Positions 1 through 28,049 are shown, numbered from the stretch's first letter. The stretch: DNA of 64,000 nt from Euglena gracilis (GCA_039621445.1 CP154954.1:1054001-1118000); one strand, 5' to 3'. Made by a program: numbers and translations. Notes: a model not told the origin generated them from the letters alone.

Positions 1-8311
<8,311 letters not shown>

Positions 8312-11300
8312 TGTGTTTTTCGTGCGTCACGTAATTTTATATTTTGGATGTTTTTCTAATTTTTTAAATCGCATTATATGTATATTATTTTAATATAAAA
8401 GTAGATCATTTTAAAAAATTGTAATAATAAAAAGTAATTTTAAAAATAACTTTTTTTTATTTTTTATTTATTAAAATTTTAAAAAATTTTTTTAAAGGGA
8501 TACTAATGAAAAAATATTTCGAAAAAATAATATTTATTTAAAAAAAATTAAATTTAGAAAAAATAAAAAAAAAAAAAAAAAATACCGATATTTTAAAGAA
8601 AGATTATAAAAGAAGGAAAAAAGGATAAAAAATATAAAAATTTTTCTTATAAAGGAACAAAACAGAAAATAAAAAAAAAAGTATAAAATAGAGCTTTTTA
8701 AATTTTTTTAGTTTAAAAAAAAATCTTTAAAAAAAAATAAAAGATTTTTTTTTAAAAAAAAAACGTTCCGTTTAAACCCAAAAAATATTATGATTTTTTT
8801 AGATTAATAGATTTGTGGTTTTTTTAGTTAAAAACAGTAATCAAACAAAAAAAAAAAAAATAAAAAAAAAAAAAATAAAAAGGTGTGTTAGTTTTTAAAT
8901 AATTATAAAAAGAAGAAAAAAAATAAAATTAAAAACAAAAGAAAAAAGGAAAAAGTATATTTTAAAAAATAAAATTTTACAAAAAAAAAAAAAAATGTGT
9001 TTTATTTTAATTTTTTTATTTTGACAACAAAATTTTTTAAAAAAAAGAAACTAATGAACTTTAAAAAAAAATTAAAAAATTGTTCACAAAACTGTAAAAA
9101 AAAAAAAAAATACATATTATTTACAGATTTTCAAAATAAATGAATATAAATTAAAATAACATGTTTCGCAGGTAGGTAAAAAAGAAAAAAAATAATGCAG
9201 TTATAGAATAAAATGAAAAAATAAAATTTCAGTTAAATACAAGATTGTGAAACAAAGGAGAACAAAAGAGAGAAAGAAAAGGGAGATGAGAAGAGAAAAA
9301 GGGAACAAAAAAGGGGATGTTCAAAAATAAAAAAAAAAGAAAAAAGAAAAAATGAAAAAAAAAAACAACAAAAATAAATGAAACAATAAATTTGAAAAAA
9401 AGGAAATTTATAAAAGAAGGAAATAGAAGAACATATTCTTATTTTCTTAAAAAAAAAAAATACTTTCGAAAAAGAAGAGTTTTGAAAAAAAAGAAAACAA
9501 AAAATAAAAAAAGAAAAAAAAAAACAATAAAAAAAACAAAAATGAAAAAAAAATTTTAAGAACTAAAAAAGAACAAAATGAAAAAAAACAAAAAAAAAAA
9601 ATGTAAAAGAAAATGAATAAATAAAAGTTCAAAAAATAAAATGTTGTGTTTTATTAAAAATATTAGTAATAATAAAATTTATAAAACATATAAGATACAT
9701 TGTTAAAAAACAAAAAAAATAAAAATTTAAAAAAAAGAATTTTTTATATTAAAATTTGATTTAAATATAAATTTAAAAAACAAAATGTTAAAATTACAAA
9801 TTGGTAAAACGCAATAAAATAAATAAAAAAAAGAAAAAAATTATAAATAAAAAAAAAAAAATAGAAAAAAAAAAAAAAAAAAAAACATCTAAAAAATTAA
9901 CAAAAAAAAATGTAAAAAAAAAATTATTTAAAAAAAAAAATAAAAAAAATTTATAAAAATACTAAATTTTATAAAAAAAAATAAAAGAATATCTTTTATG
10001 AGCTATATCATTAAAATAATCTATATCTGCCCTCAAAGTATGTAGAGAACTCTTCCTTCCTAAAAACCATTCCGTCCAGCATTTCACATAGACTGAAAGA
10101 AAATAAAAGAACAACCTATAAATAAACATTAAAAAAAAATAAAAAAAAAAAGATAAAAAAAAAAACAAAAAAAAATACAAAAAGATAAAAAACGGCAGAA
10201 AGAAAAAAATATATAAAATAGCTAACAATACTAACTTAAAAATACATACCGAATAAACAAAAATAAAAAATGAAAACTAACAATACATTAAAAAGATATC
10301 AAACAGAAATTAAAAGGAAAAAAAACCAAATAAAAAACGAATAAAAAAGAATAAAAGAATTAGAAACGATTAAACAAAACTAAATCAATGCACTCCAGAA
10401 CAAAAAAAAAGACAGAACTTAAAAAAAAATAAAGTAAAAAACAATTCGAAAAACAAAGTTAAAATAACAAAAAACAAAAAAAAACCGATAAAATAAGAAA
10501 ACAAAAATCCAAATTAATCCAAAAGGAAAAGAAAGAAAAAAATAAAAATCTTAATCAAAAAAAATAAAAACAAACAAATAAAAAAAAGACCTAAATAAAG
10601 AAAACAAATAAAACAAAAAAAATAAAACAAAAAAAAAAATTAATCCGAGAAAACAAAAAACATAAAAAAGCAAAATAACATAATACAAACGAGAAAAAGA
10701 AAAAAAAAATAAAGAAAAACGCTAAGAATAATAAAGAAAACCAAAACTGAATAAGAAATAAAAAGAAAAAATCGAACAAGAAAATAAGAAGAAAAAACGA
10801 TAAAAAAAAGAAATTAAAAAATACAATCATAAAATATCAAAATAAAATTTTAAGAAAAAGAAACAAAAAAATCCATAAGAACAAACATAAGAAAACTAAA
10901 ACAAGAGTAAAAAGTTGAAAAAAAAAATAGATAAAAATAAAACAAACTAAACGCCAAAAACATAACAGATAAACTAATAACTACGAACAATAAAAAAACA
11001 AAAAAACATAAAAAATATACAGTAAACAATGAAAAAATAAAAAAATTCAAAAACGAACATAAAATAAAATAAATATAAACATAATCATTAAAAAGAATAT
11101 AAAAAAAATATATTTCATAAAATAAAAAAAAAAAAAAAAAAATATCTATATAAAAAACTAAAAGAATTGACAATATAAAAACAAAACAGAAAAAAATAAA
11201 ACAACTAACAATATTAAAACAAAAAGAAAAATTAAAAAAAATAGAAACATACTAGAATAAAAAAAAAAAAAAATAAAATGAATAAATATAAATATAAATA

Positions 11301-11360
11301 AAAAAAACAAAACATCCCAAAAATCGAATAAACAAAAACTCCATAAAAAAAAATCATAAA

Positions 11361-11393
<33 letters not shown>

Positions 11394-11500
11394 AAAACAA
11401 AAAAGAAAAGAAAAGAAAACTCTATGAAGAATATCTTAAAAAAGAAACATTCCAAAAGATAAAACAACATCCCAAAAACCATCCGAAAACCATTATCCTA
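8312..11500. other. A-rich low-complexity block, probably degraded consensus sequence
   Basis: Long A runs, no coherent reading frame; recognisable genes decay into it from both sides. Confidence 0.75.
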
Positions 11501-12425
11501 AGATTTAGAAATACGTCCTAAACTTACACTTTATACCCTCTGCTCCTGCCTTCATTGCTTGCAACATTACAGTTTTCATAGCCCTTATAAAAGGTGTTCG
11601 TTTTTCTAATTCTCGACGAACTGAGTCGGCAAGAAGTCTGGCATCTAAATTAGGAGAGGTCACTCCTACAACCTTACAAGTAATAATACGAGGAGTCTTA
11701 CCCAACAGATAATTCATCCTATCAATCAATATATCCCTAATACGAGATAATCCCTGGCCATCTCTTCCTATTACACGTTCTGGTCTGGCAACATGAATAT
11801 AGACTATTGTGTTATTTCTTTGTTCACTAAATTCATATATTCTTTCTATCTTTATCAACGAAATTAAAGTCTCTAAAAGCTCTTTATTCATAAAATTACG
11901 GATAACGATGTCTTCTTTTACAAAACTAGCGTAATGCCTCCTTTCCACATACCAAAATGAACTATGCGACTAAGAAAATAGAAAACTCTTTTTAAAGTTA
12001 AAAATAAAATACTTTCAAAACAAAACAAGCTTATTAAAAGCATATAGCTAAAATAAAAACTCGGGTATAAAATCTCTAATTCTAATAAAATATAAATCAA
12101 ATTATCCTCAAAATAAGAATAAAAACTTTTTCTACAAAAAAATAAATAAGGAAAAATAAACATTAAAAACAACACTTAATAGAAAAATATAAAAAATCGA
12201 CCTCAAAATAATATTTAACGAATTGAAGCTATCTTATAAATTTTAAAGTAAATAAGACCAAAAAATTATAAAAATTAACTTTAGAACTTTAGTATCGCAC
12301 TATAAATATTTTAGATAAAACACAAGTTAATAATAGAATAAAATATTTATTACGAAATAAATAATATTTTGTATCTCAATAGTAATACCTAGCCTAAACC
12401 CTAAAGGGTGAACTTTTTGACCCAT
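9990..12425 (-). CDS. rps3: 30S ribosomal protein S3 (exon 1 12425-12380, exon 2 11971-~11525, degraded C-terminal piece ~10090-9990)
   Basis: MGQKVHPLGFRLGIT / KSHSSFWYVERRHYASFVKED...IHVARPERVIGRDG...GAEGIK; distal fragment TEWF...LHTLRADIDY. Confidence 0.92.
11972..12379 (-). other. rps3 intron 1, mixed twintron (group II ~12300-11990 inside group III)
   Basis: Outer 5' TTGAG, internal GTGCGA at 12300, domain V-like TAGCTATATGCTTTTAATAAGCTTG near 12050-12025; residual outer intron ~100 nt. Confidence 0.82.
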
Positions 12426-12696
12426 AAAAAAAAAAACAACTAATGCTAAAATCTTAATTGAAAATAATATAAAAATAAACTACGAACAACAAATAAATAC
12501 CAGGTAAATTTAAAAACGATTATTGTTTTGATTATTTAATAGAGATTTAATCTTTTTTCTATAAATTTAATCTTTCAAATTTTTTCAAAACAAAATGACC
12601 AGTTAATGTAAAAAATAAGTTTTTTCTGATTAATGAGGTTCCAACACTTAATAAAATAAATTACAAAAACAAAATGCAATAAGTTAACAAAAATTT

Positions 12697-13394
12697 TTAT
12701 AAAATGGATAATTTTAATTGAATAGAAATTATAATCCTTCTAAAATCTGTACAAGCGTTTACAACATACAGCTTCATTAATACAAATATACATTTAAAAT
12801 ACCTATAAAACTATAAAAATTTTTGATAGTATTTCCAATCGCTTTTTAAACAAAAAAATGAATAAAATAAATCTGTTTTGAAATGAAAAATAAATTAAAA
12901 TTTTTAAACCATAAACCAAATTCAACAAATAATAAAAACAAATAAACTTAAAATTCATCAAAAATAAAAAGTTATTTATCTTTTATTTAGAAAAACAAAC
13001 TCACTAAAACAACAATTAGAGTTGCAAAAGAAAACTACGAAATAATTCAAATTCAGACAATAATAGTTATATGACATGTTCGTTTTTTAATAGGAAAACC
13101 CCTACCTTGTGCATGTGGACATAAACGTTTCAAGATAGGTCCAGCATCTGCTCTAGCTTCGAGAACACGCAAAACATTTGCATCTTCATCGTAATTTTTT
13201 ATTGAATTAGAAACGGCGCTTTTAAGAAGCTTAAAAATAAGAGTACTAGGTTTATAAGGCATAAATTTTAAAATCATTAAAGCCTCTTTTGCAGAACGAC
13301 CTTTAATTTGATTTAAAATTCTCCTAACTTTAAAAGGAGAAATTCTAACGTACTTTATTGAAGCTGAAGATTCTAAAGGTTTTTTTTGTTCCAT
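12697..13394 (-). CDS. rpl22: 50S ribosomal protein L22, with a group II intron (~13058-12718) before a very short last exon
   Basis: YVRISPFKVRRILNQIKG...GPILKRLCPHAQGRGFPIKKRTCHITII; 5' GTCTG and domain V AAGCTGTATGTTGTAAACGCTTGTACAGATTT; last exon boundary uncertain. Confidence 0.9.
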
Positions 13395-13504
13395 CAGTAA
13401 AAAATAACATAAAATTATATAAAAACTGTATAAAAAGTATCCATACTAATATTTAAAAAGTTCTTAATACATGCAAAAATTACATAACATATAAAATAAT
13501 TCTA

Positions 13505-13989
13505 CTATCTCTTAGTCTTAGTTTTTTTATCATGCTTTTTATGACCACGATAATTTCTAGTTTGCACAAATTCACCTAATTTTATAAGGTTTAATAAATC
13601 CATTTTATTAATAAAAAACCCACAATAATATAAGAAAATAAACTTTAAATTTTTTATTACAAAAATTATAAAATCAAAAGTGACCTATCATTTGATCGGA
13701 AACTAAAACGGGTATATGCTCCTTTCCATTATAAACGCCTATTGTATTTCCAATCATAATTGGAATAATAGTACAGGAACGGGACCAAGTTAATATTACA
13801 GATTTAAAAAAGATCTAAAGTTTTCATTTAAAAACAAAAAAATAAATAAATTAGTATTATATATGATTCTAAAATAAAAATTAATTAAAAACATAAGGTC
13901 AAATCTCAAAAACGATTCGAATTCATTTGGTCAACTTTTTTTATTAATGAATAAAAAACAAAAGGACCTTTTTTTAAAGAACGAGACAT
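13505..13989 (-). CDS. rps19: 30S ribosomal protein S19, with two ~100-nt group III introns (~13910-13808, ~13679-13583)
   Basis: [11 protein letters not shown]... / [39 protein letters not shown] / [16 protein letters not shown]. Confidence 0.93.
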
Positions 13990-14048
13990 AAATAAAAAAT
14001 AAACAAAATAAAAAATAAACAAAATAATAACAAGGAAAATAGTAGATA

Positions 14049-14882
14049 TTAAACCATTTTTCTAGAGCGAATTATATATTTATTACTAAATCGTTTAGGT
14101 GATCTTGTCTTTTTACCTAATGCTGGTTTACCCCAAGGCGTAACAGGCTTTGGTCTACCTATAGGACTTCTGCCTTCGCCTCCTCCATGAGGGTGATCGC
14201 AAGGATTCATAGCTACACCACGAACTGTTGGTTTGTTTCCTAACCAGCGATTTCTTCCAGCTTTTCCTAAAACGACATTAGAATGATCAAGATTTCCAAC
14301 TTGACCAATAGTAGCCCAACAATAACGTCGTAATAAACGAACTTCTCCCGAAGGCATTGTTATAGTAACAAATTTTCCTTCATTGGCCAATATTTGTACA
14401 AAAGTTCCAGCAGCCCTTGCAATTTGACCACCTTTTCCAGGCTCAAACTCTACGTTATGAATAATAGTACCTAATGGTATTTTGCTTATGGGTAAAGAAT
14501 TTCCTATTTTAATAGGAGAAAAAAAATCAGAAATAATATTATTACCAACGCACAAATCTTTTGGATGAATAATATAAGACTTATCACCATTTTTATAATA
14601 AATTAAAGCAATTCGAGCATTCCTATTAGGATCGTATTCAATAGAAATAACTTTTCCTAAAATACCTAGCTTATTACGTTTAAACTCTATTCTGCGATAC
14701 AAGCGTTTGTGACCACCACCTAAAGTTCGGCAAGTAATCACACCACGGGAATTCCGTCCTTTTGACCTATGAACAAAAAATGTTAAATATTTTTCAGGAT
14801 TAGATTTTGTAATTTCTGAAAAATTACTAACAGAACGTTTACGAGTCCCTGATGTATATGGTTTGTAATAACGAATAATCAT
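14049..14882 (-). CDS. rpl2: 50S ribosomal protein L2
   Basis: Intact 277-aa ORF with [13 protein letters not shown] and [17 protein letters not shown]. Confidence 0.98.
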   Translation of the reverse strand: MIIRYYKPYTSGTRKRSVSNFSEITKSNPEKYLTFFVHRSKGRNSRGVITCRTLGGGHKRLYRRIEFKRNKLGILGKVISIEYDPNRNARIALIYYKNGDKSYIIHPKDLCVGNNIISDFFSPIKIGNSLPISKIPLGTIIHNVEFEPGKGGQIARAAGTFVQILANEGKFVTITMPSGEVRLLRRYCWATIGQVGNLDHSNVVLGKAGRNRWLGNKPTVRGVAMNPCDHPHGGGEGRSPIGRPKPVTPWGKPALGKKTRSPKRFSNKYIIRSRKMV

Positions 14883-15035
14883 ATTAAAAAATTAGTAAAC
14901 TATTAAAGTATATACTAAATACATCGAAAAAATTAGAATTAAAAAATTTTAGGTTAAAAATAAAAAACTAAATTATTTTTAAACAAATAAAGTAAAACTC
15001 ACCTATAAATGCCACTACTAAAACAATAAAAATTA

Positions 15036-15618
15036 ACTAGAGACAAGAAAAAAAAGGAATTGTTTCTAAGTCATTATATAAATTGATTAAAATCCTTAAA
15101 AGAAATTAAACAAAAAAGAATTAATTGAAAACAAAAGTTATATTTATTTCCCAATATAATATAATAATATAATCTCACTAATTTAATAAACATTCTTTTA
15201 TAATATTTTTTCATACCCTCAAAATTATTTGAACGATAATATTTACTAGATTTTACATAGCTATTAACTGAAGTAATTTTAACACTAAAAGCAGTTTCAA
15301 TAAGATCTTTAAATTGCCTTTTACTTATGAAGTTATAAAATACTAAAAAAATAAAAGTAATTAATTAAAATTTTTATAATATAAAACTACAAACTAAAAA
15401 TACAGCTACTATAAACATTCAAAACATTTGTATATCAACATCAAAAGTATAAACATTATTTTTTAAAAGTTTATTAGTCTTATCGGTCAAAATTTGAGAT
15501 TTAAAAAAAAATCAAAAGTATTTATAAATATTCAAAAAAAAATTAACATTAAAAAAAAAAATAAATAAATATATTATAAAAAAAAATATAAGAACACACC
15601 CATACTTAAACTGATCAT
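15036..15618 (-). CDS. rpl23: 50S ribosomal protein L23, with three group III introns; start position uncertain
   Basis: Exons ILTDKTNKLLKNNVYTFDVD / SKRQFKDLIETAFSVKITSVNS...YKRMFIKL / NDLETIPFFSCL*, located upstream of rpl2. Confidence 0.82.
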
Positions 15619-15794
15619 AAAATTTTCTAGAAATAAAATAAAACATATAAAGTAAACAAAATACTAACAAAAAAAAAACAAGGAAATAATAACCTTTTTT
15701 AAATTATAAAAATTTAGAAAAATTTATTCGATAATATATTAATTACCGAATAAACTAAAATATATATTAAGAATATAAAAGTATTATAAAAAAC

Positions 15795-15923
15795 TTATAA
15801 AGAAGAACCTAAACCCGAATAAGAGCCATAAAAAAAAAGAGCAAGAAGTGCAATCGCTGCTAAACCGATTATTGTAAGAACTAACCAAAGTGGAATTCTA
15901 CCTGTATTTTCTGAATTAGACAT
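15795..15923 (-). CDS. psbJ: Photosystem II protein J
   Basis: [27 protein letters not shown]...[11 protein letters not shown]. Confidence 0.95.
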   Translation of the reverse strand: MSNSENTGRIPLWLVLTIIGLAAIALLALFFYGSYSGLGSSL

Positions 15924-16010
15924 AAATATTTCTCCCAAAATAATAAAAAAATGTTAAAAAAAATACTACAAAAATATTTGCTTCAAGAAGCAGACTTTAA
16001 TTAATAATAA

Positions 16011-16127
16011 CTAATTAAAGATATAACTAGAAAATAGAACAGCCAAAACAAAAATTAATAATAGTCCCCAGTATAAACTTGTCCTATTTAATTCGACTGT
16101 TTTTTTATTTGAATTTGTTTGTGCCAT
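16011..16127 (-). CDS. psbL: Photosystem II protein L
   Basis: [38 protein letters not shown]. Confidence 0.96.
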   Translation of the reverse strand: MAQTNSNKKTVELNRTSLYWGLLLIFVLAVLFSSYIFN

Positions 16128-16234
16128 AATAAATAATTTATAATAAAAAAATATGTTAAACCTTAGATTAAAAAATATAAAAAAGTATAACTTTAAACAA
16201 AACTTTACACTTTATTTTAACAAAATTTTAAAGG

Positions 16235-17401
<1,167 letters not shown>

Positions 17402-17406
17402 AAATT

Positions 17407-18328
17407 TTATTTAGTAAATTGATCCATTTGTTCTAAAGCATTGAAACGATCAGAAATTAAAGGAGCTTGTTGTCTTGTTTCTGTAAAATATTCGCTTGGA
17501 CGAGGTGTACCAAAAATGTCATAAACAATTCCCGTGCTTACAAAAATCCAACCTCCAACAAATAATGACGGTATAGTTACACTATAAAACTAAAAACAAT
17601 AGAAAAAGTTTTTGTTTAAAAACTGTTGGAATGAACTATACAAAAACAGCTTATAATAAAATAATCTTCTGTTATCTAAGGAAAACCAAACAAAATAAAT
17701 AACAGTTTTACAAAATATTAAAATTTAGTAAACAAAATATAAAATAAAAAATCCCTAAAATAAACACGTATTATTTAGGTGCAAAAATATAAAAATAAAA
17801 AATTTTTTTGTTAAGTAAAATCAAAAATAATCTGCAATTTATTTCATTCACAAGAAAAACATTTGATTATTAAAATTTTTAAAACATTTAATATTAAGAA
17901 AATACACACATGAATTACCCAATAACGAATACTAGTAATATGAAATTAAACTTCCAAAGCTCATACCAAAACCGTACAAACAAATACACTTGAGCTGTAT
18001 ACGGATTGAAAATTTAAAATAAAATTAAAAAATATAAAACAAATTTTATTTTACTTATATAAAAAAATAAACAATGTTGAGATTTACTTTTAAAAAACTA
18101 AAAAATAGTAATAATTATTGTTAAACTTTCAAGGAAATACTTAAAAAATTATTTCAAAAATTATATAAACTAAATAATAAGATAATAAAAAAAGATCAAA
18201 AAAGAATTTTACTTATTAAACTTACACGTTTATCTCAAAGGATATTAATAAAATATTTGATAATAAAAAATGTATATTCCAACGCGCACAATATCAGAAA
18301 AAGGACGTTCTCCTGTTGAGCCTGCCAT
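17407..18328 (-). CDS. psbE: Cytochrome b559 alpha subunit (exons 18328-18290, 17939-17910, 17583-17407; two group II introns)
   Basis: [13 protein letters not shown] / [10 protein letters not shown] / [33 protein letters not shown]...; introns start GTGCG and GTGTG. Confidence 0.95.
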
Positions 18329-18412
18329 ATTAAATTTCCCTTTAAAAATAAAACATAACAATTACTATATTCTAAAATCATTAATTAACAAATAATAAGT
18401 AAAAAATTTTTA

Positions 18413-23896
<5,484 letters not shown>

Positions 23897-23915
23897 TTAT
23901 CCTACTGCAATTATT
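23897..23915 (-). CDS. psaA: Extreme 3' end of photosystem I apoprotein A1; the rest is lost in the degraded block
   Basis: IIAVG* is the PsaA C-terminus and sits immediately upstream of psaB. Confidence 0.75.
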
Positions 23916-26900
23916 GGGGGGGTGCCAGGGGGGGGGGTGGGGGTCACGCTAACTGGAAATCCCTTTAAGGGTGGGTCAAGTCTAGCGTTTTTGAGGGGGG
24001 GGTGGGGGGGCAGGGGGCAAAGGGGGGGGGGGGAGGGGGGAGGGGGGGGGGGGGGGAGGGGGGAAGGGGGTGGGGGGGGGGGGGGACAAATACCGGGGGA
24101 AAAGAAGTTTACAACCCAAAGGGACGCGGTATGCTCCGGGGGGGGGGGAAAATTCATCACGGCTGGGGGGGGGCAAGCGTCAATGGGGGAGGCTAAGGAG
24201 GGAGGGAGGGGTGTACTCACATAGATCTAAAAATTATGGGGAGCAAACGTTTCAGGCGGGATGACCCGTGGGGGGGAGGCAACTTGAGGGAGCCAGGGTC
24301 ACCGTGGCGAGGGGGGGAAATTAAAGTGGAGGTGGGACGCCAAGGGGGGAAGGGCACATAATATAATGGGGGGTAAGGGAAAAGGTGGGAGGAAGAAGGG
24401 GGGAGAAAGGGGTAGAGGGAAAAGAAAGGGGGGGGGGGAAGGGGGGGGGGGAGGAGAGAAGGGATTTATCAAGAAAGGAAAGAAAAAGGAGGGGGGGGAA
24501 AAAAAAGGGGGGAAAAAGAGAGGGAAAGTATTCAGGGGAGTTTGAGGGGGAGGAGAAAGAGGAAAAAAGGAGGGGGGGAAAGTGCAGGTTTTCGGTTGAA
24601 AAAAACGGAATTAGCTAAGAGGGGAAGAAAAAAAAATAAAAGATCAGGTAAAAAACAAAAGGGAGGAAAAGAAAGGAAAAAGGGGGAAATAAAATCAAGA
24701 GGGTCGGGACAAAAAGGGTAATACAAAGAGGGGGGAGGAAAGAAAACAAGGGAGGGGGGGCATTGGGACAAGAGGGGGGGGAGGGAAAAAAAACGAAAGG
24801 AAAAAAAAGAGAAAAGAGGAAGATAAGAGGGGAAGGTATGAGCATAAAAGGGAAAGGGAGATGAGGGAAGAGCAAGAAAAAAAGAAGGAGGGGGGGGGAA
24901 AAAAAGGGGGAAAGAAGGGAGGCAAAGGGGAACTGGGAAGGGTAGCAACAAAAGGGGGGGGGGGGGTAGGGGTAGGGGGGGGAAAAAAAGAAGGGGGGGA
25001 GAGGGGGGGGTCAAGAAGAGAGGGGGGGGGAAAAAAAGGAGGAAAAGAAGGGGGGGAAAAAAAAGAGGGGGGGAAAAGGGGAGGAGGGGGGGGGGGAAGA
25101 ACAGGAGGAAGGAAGGGGGGGGGGGTGGGAAGGGGGGGGAAAAAAAAGGGAAAAAAATAAAGGGAAGGGGGGGGAGAAAGGGGAAAAAAAAAGGGGGAAG
25201 GGGGGGGGGGGGGAAAGGGGGGGAGGGGGAAAGGGAAAGAGGGGGGAAAAGGAAGGGAAAAAAAGGAAAAAAAAAGGGGGGAAGGTGATAAGGGAAGGAA
25301 AAAAAAAAGAAAAAAAAAGGGGGGGTGGGGAGGAGAAAGAAAAAAAAAAGGGGAGGAAAAATAAAAAGAAAAGGGGTAAAAAGGAGAAAAGAAGGGTGTA
25401 GAAAGGGGGGGGAAATAAAACAAAAATAGGGGGGATAACGGGAAAGGAAAATAAAAGTAGAAGGGCAAAAACAGAAGAAAAAAGGAAAAAAACAGGGAAG
25501 AAAAGGGTCGTCGCCGATAGTAAAATCGTAAAGGAAAAAAGGGAGAGAGGAGGGAGAAATGAAGAACGAAAAAAATTGTTTTCGGGTCGAGCAAAAACCG
25601 GGACAGTTAATAAAAGTGAAAGGGAGGGGGGGAGAAGAAAAGTGGCCAAAAAGACAAAGGGAAAGAGCTAGAGTAGAGAACTAGGTGGGGATTCACGTGT
25701 TTAAAAAGAAAAAGGTTACGGACAGATCAAAACGCAAAAAATAAGAAAAGGAAGTAAAAGACGGTAAAATTCTTTCGAAAAAAGAAGAAGAAAAAGGAAA
25801 AGGGGGCAAAGAAAAACACGAAGACAAAAAGAAAAAAAAAAAAGAAAAAAGAAGAAAAAAAAAAAGAAAAAAAAAACGAGGGGGGGGGGAAAAAACAGAA
25901 GATAGAAAAAACAGAAAAAAAAAAAAAATAAGATAACCTATCGAAGAATACAAAGAAAAAAAAAAAAAAAAAGAAAAAAGGGGGAAAACTTAAAAAAAAC
26001 AATCAAACAAAAAAGGAGAACGAAATTGATGGTAAACATAAAATACAGTGATAAAAAATCTGCCCATAATTAGGGGAAAGCATATGTAAATGGAATTTCT
26101 CAAAGAGAAAACCGCGTGGTAGAAAGATATATATTTGCCTAAAAATATTTGAGACGTAATTATTTAAAAATTACTAAAATTTAAAGAGTTAAGAAAAGGG
26201 GCCAGGAAGATTCTTAAAAAGAAAAGAAAAAAAATAAGGAGTCAATAGAAGAAAAACGGGGAAAAGGGAAGAAAAGTAGGATACTTTACCTTCAGGGGGG
26301 ATAGACAAAAAGTGAAAAAAAGGCGAAAACAAGAAAAAGAAAAAGGAAGAAAAACAAAGAAAAGAAGATTTTCGTTTGCGACGCTTTATAATCATGACAA
26401 AAAAGGTAAGAACCAAACGGTAAAAAAATGAGGGGAAATAAAAAGATCTGAAAATTCACCTCATGAGTGTTTGGAAAAGGAAAAGATGATTGAAGGAAAA
26501 AAAAGAAAAGGGGTGAAAAGGAAGAAACAAAAAAAGAAAATTTAAAAAGGAAAAAGTGACGCTATGAGAACGAGAAAGTAAAAGCGTTTTTCTTATTTTG
26601 TGTGAATATGTCTTAAATCAGCTCGATCGTGCCTTGGTAAATTTAAAACAGATTAATCATATGATTAGGGCGAAATTTTTTAATATATATAGATCTATAA
26701 TTTTGAGTCATATCAAATAGTTCCCGTCTTTGTCGTTCCTTTTGCGTATTTTTTTTGTAACGTTTGTATCGCTTTTTTCCTGGGGTCGTGTCACCTTTCG
26801 TTTCAACTAGTGTTAAGCTAGGGTATATTGCTTTTCGTTAAAATTCTTGGTAGGCGGTAATCTCCAAAACATAGTAGTAGTTCGAATCCTTTTCCACGCG
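23916..26900. other. G/A-rich low-complexity block, probably degraded consensus of rDNA-region reads
   Basis: Poly-G/poly-A runs containing islands that match 16S rRNA (minus strand) and the rrn spacer. Confidence 0.75.
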
Positions 26901-26979
26901 CTTTGTAGTGTACACATTATTAAATGTAACATTATAGAGGTCGCAAGAGGGTGAAAGGATTTGACCAACTTTGATGTTT

Positions 26980-27723
26980 TGGAAATGACGAGTTTGATCC
27001 TTGCTCAGGGTGAACGCTGGCGGTATGCTTAACACATGCAAGTTGAACGAAATTACTAGCAATAGTAATTTAGTGGCGGACGGGTGAGTAATATGTAAGA
27101 ATCTGCGCTTGGGTGAGGAATAACAGATGGAAACGTTTGCTAATGCCTCATAATTTACTAGATCTATGTGAGTAGCTAGTTAAAGAGAATTTCGCCTAGG
27201 CATGAGCTTGCATCTGATTAGCTTGTTGGTGAGGTAAAGGCTTACCAAGGCGACGATCAGTAGCTGATTTGAGAGGATGATCAGCCACACTGGGATTGAG
27301 AACGGAACAGACTTTTACGGAAGGCAGCAGTGAGGAATTTTCCGCAATGGGCGCAAGCCTGACGGAGCAATACCGCGTGAAGGAAGAAGGCCTTTGGGTT
27401 GTAAACTTCTTTTCTCAAAGAAGAAGAAATGACGGTATTTGAGGAATAAGCATCGGCTAATTCCGTGCCAGCAGCCGCGGTAATACGGGAGATGCGAGCG
27501 TTATCCGGAATTATTGGGCGTAAAGAGTTTGTAGGCGGTCAAGTGTGTTTAATGTTAAAAGTCAAAGCTTAACTTTGGAAGGGCATTAAAAACTGCTAGA
27601 CTTGAGTATGGTAGGGGTGAAGGGAATTTCCAGTGTAGCGGTGAAATGCGTAGAGATTGGAAAGAACACCAATGGCGAAGGCACTTTTCTAGGCCAATAC
27701 TGACGCTGAGAAACGAAAGCTGA

Positions 27724-27755
<32 letters not shown>

Positions 27756-27848
27756 TTGGCCGTAAACTATGGATACTAAGTGGTGCTGAAAGTGCACTGC
27801 TGTAGTTAACACGTTAAGTATCCCGCCTGGGGAGTACGCTTGCACAAG

Positions 27849-27929
<81 letters not shown>

Positions 27930-27997
27930 AGGATTTGACAGGATCTAGGAGGAAGTTTGAAAGAACGCAGTACCTTCGGGTATCTAGACACAGGTGG

Positions 27998-28049
<52 letters not shown>

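Noticed and set aside
9447..11400. Several Phe-rich minus-strand ORFs resembling membrane proteins or pan-edited genes
   Set aside because: They are by-products of poly-A tracts and show no family motif, apart from the rps3 fragment near 10.0 kb
23897..26416. Gly/Pro/Lys/Phe-rich ORFs on both strands; possible G-quadruplex array
   Set aside because: Low-complexity homopolymer sequence with remnants of rDNA; best explained as corrupted consensus
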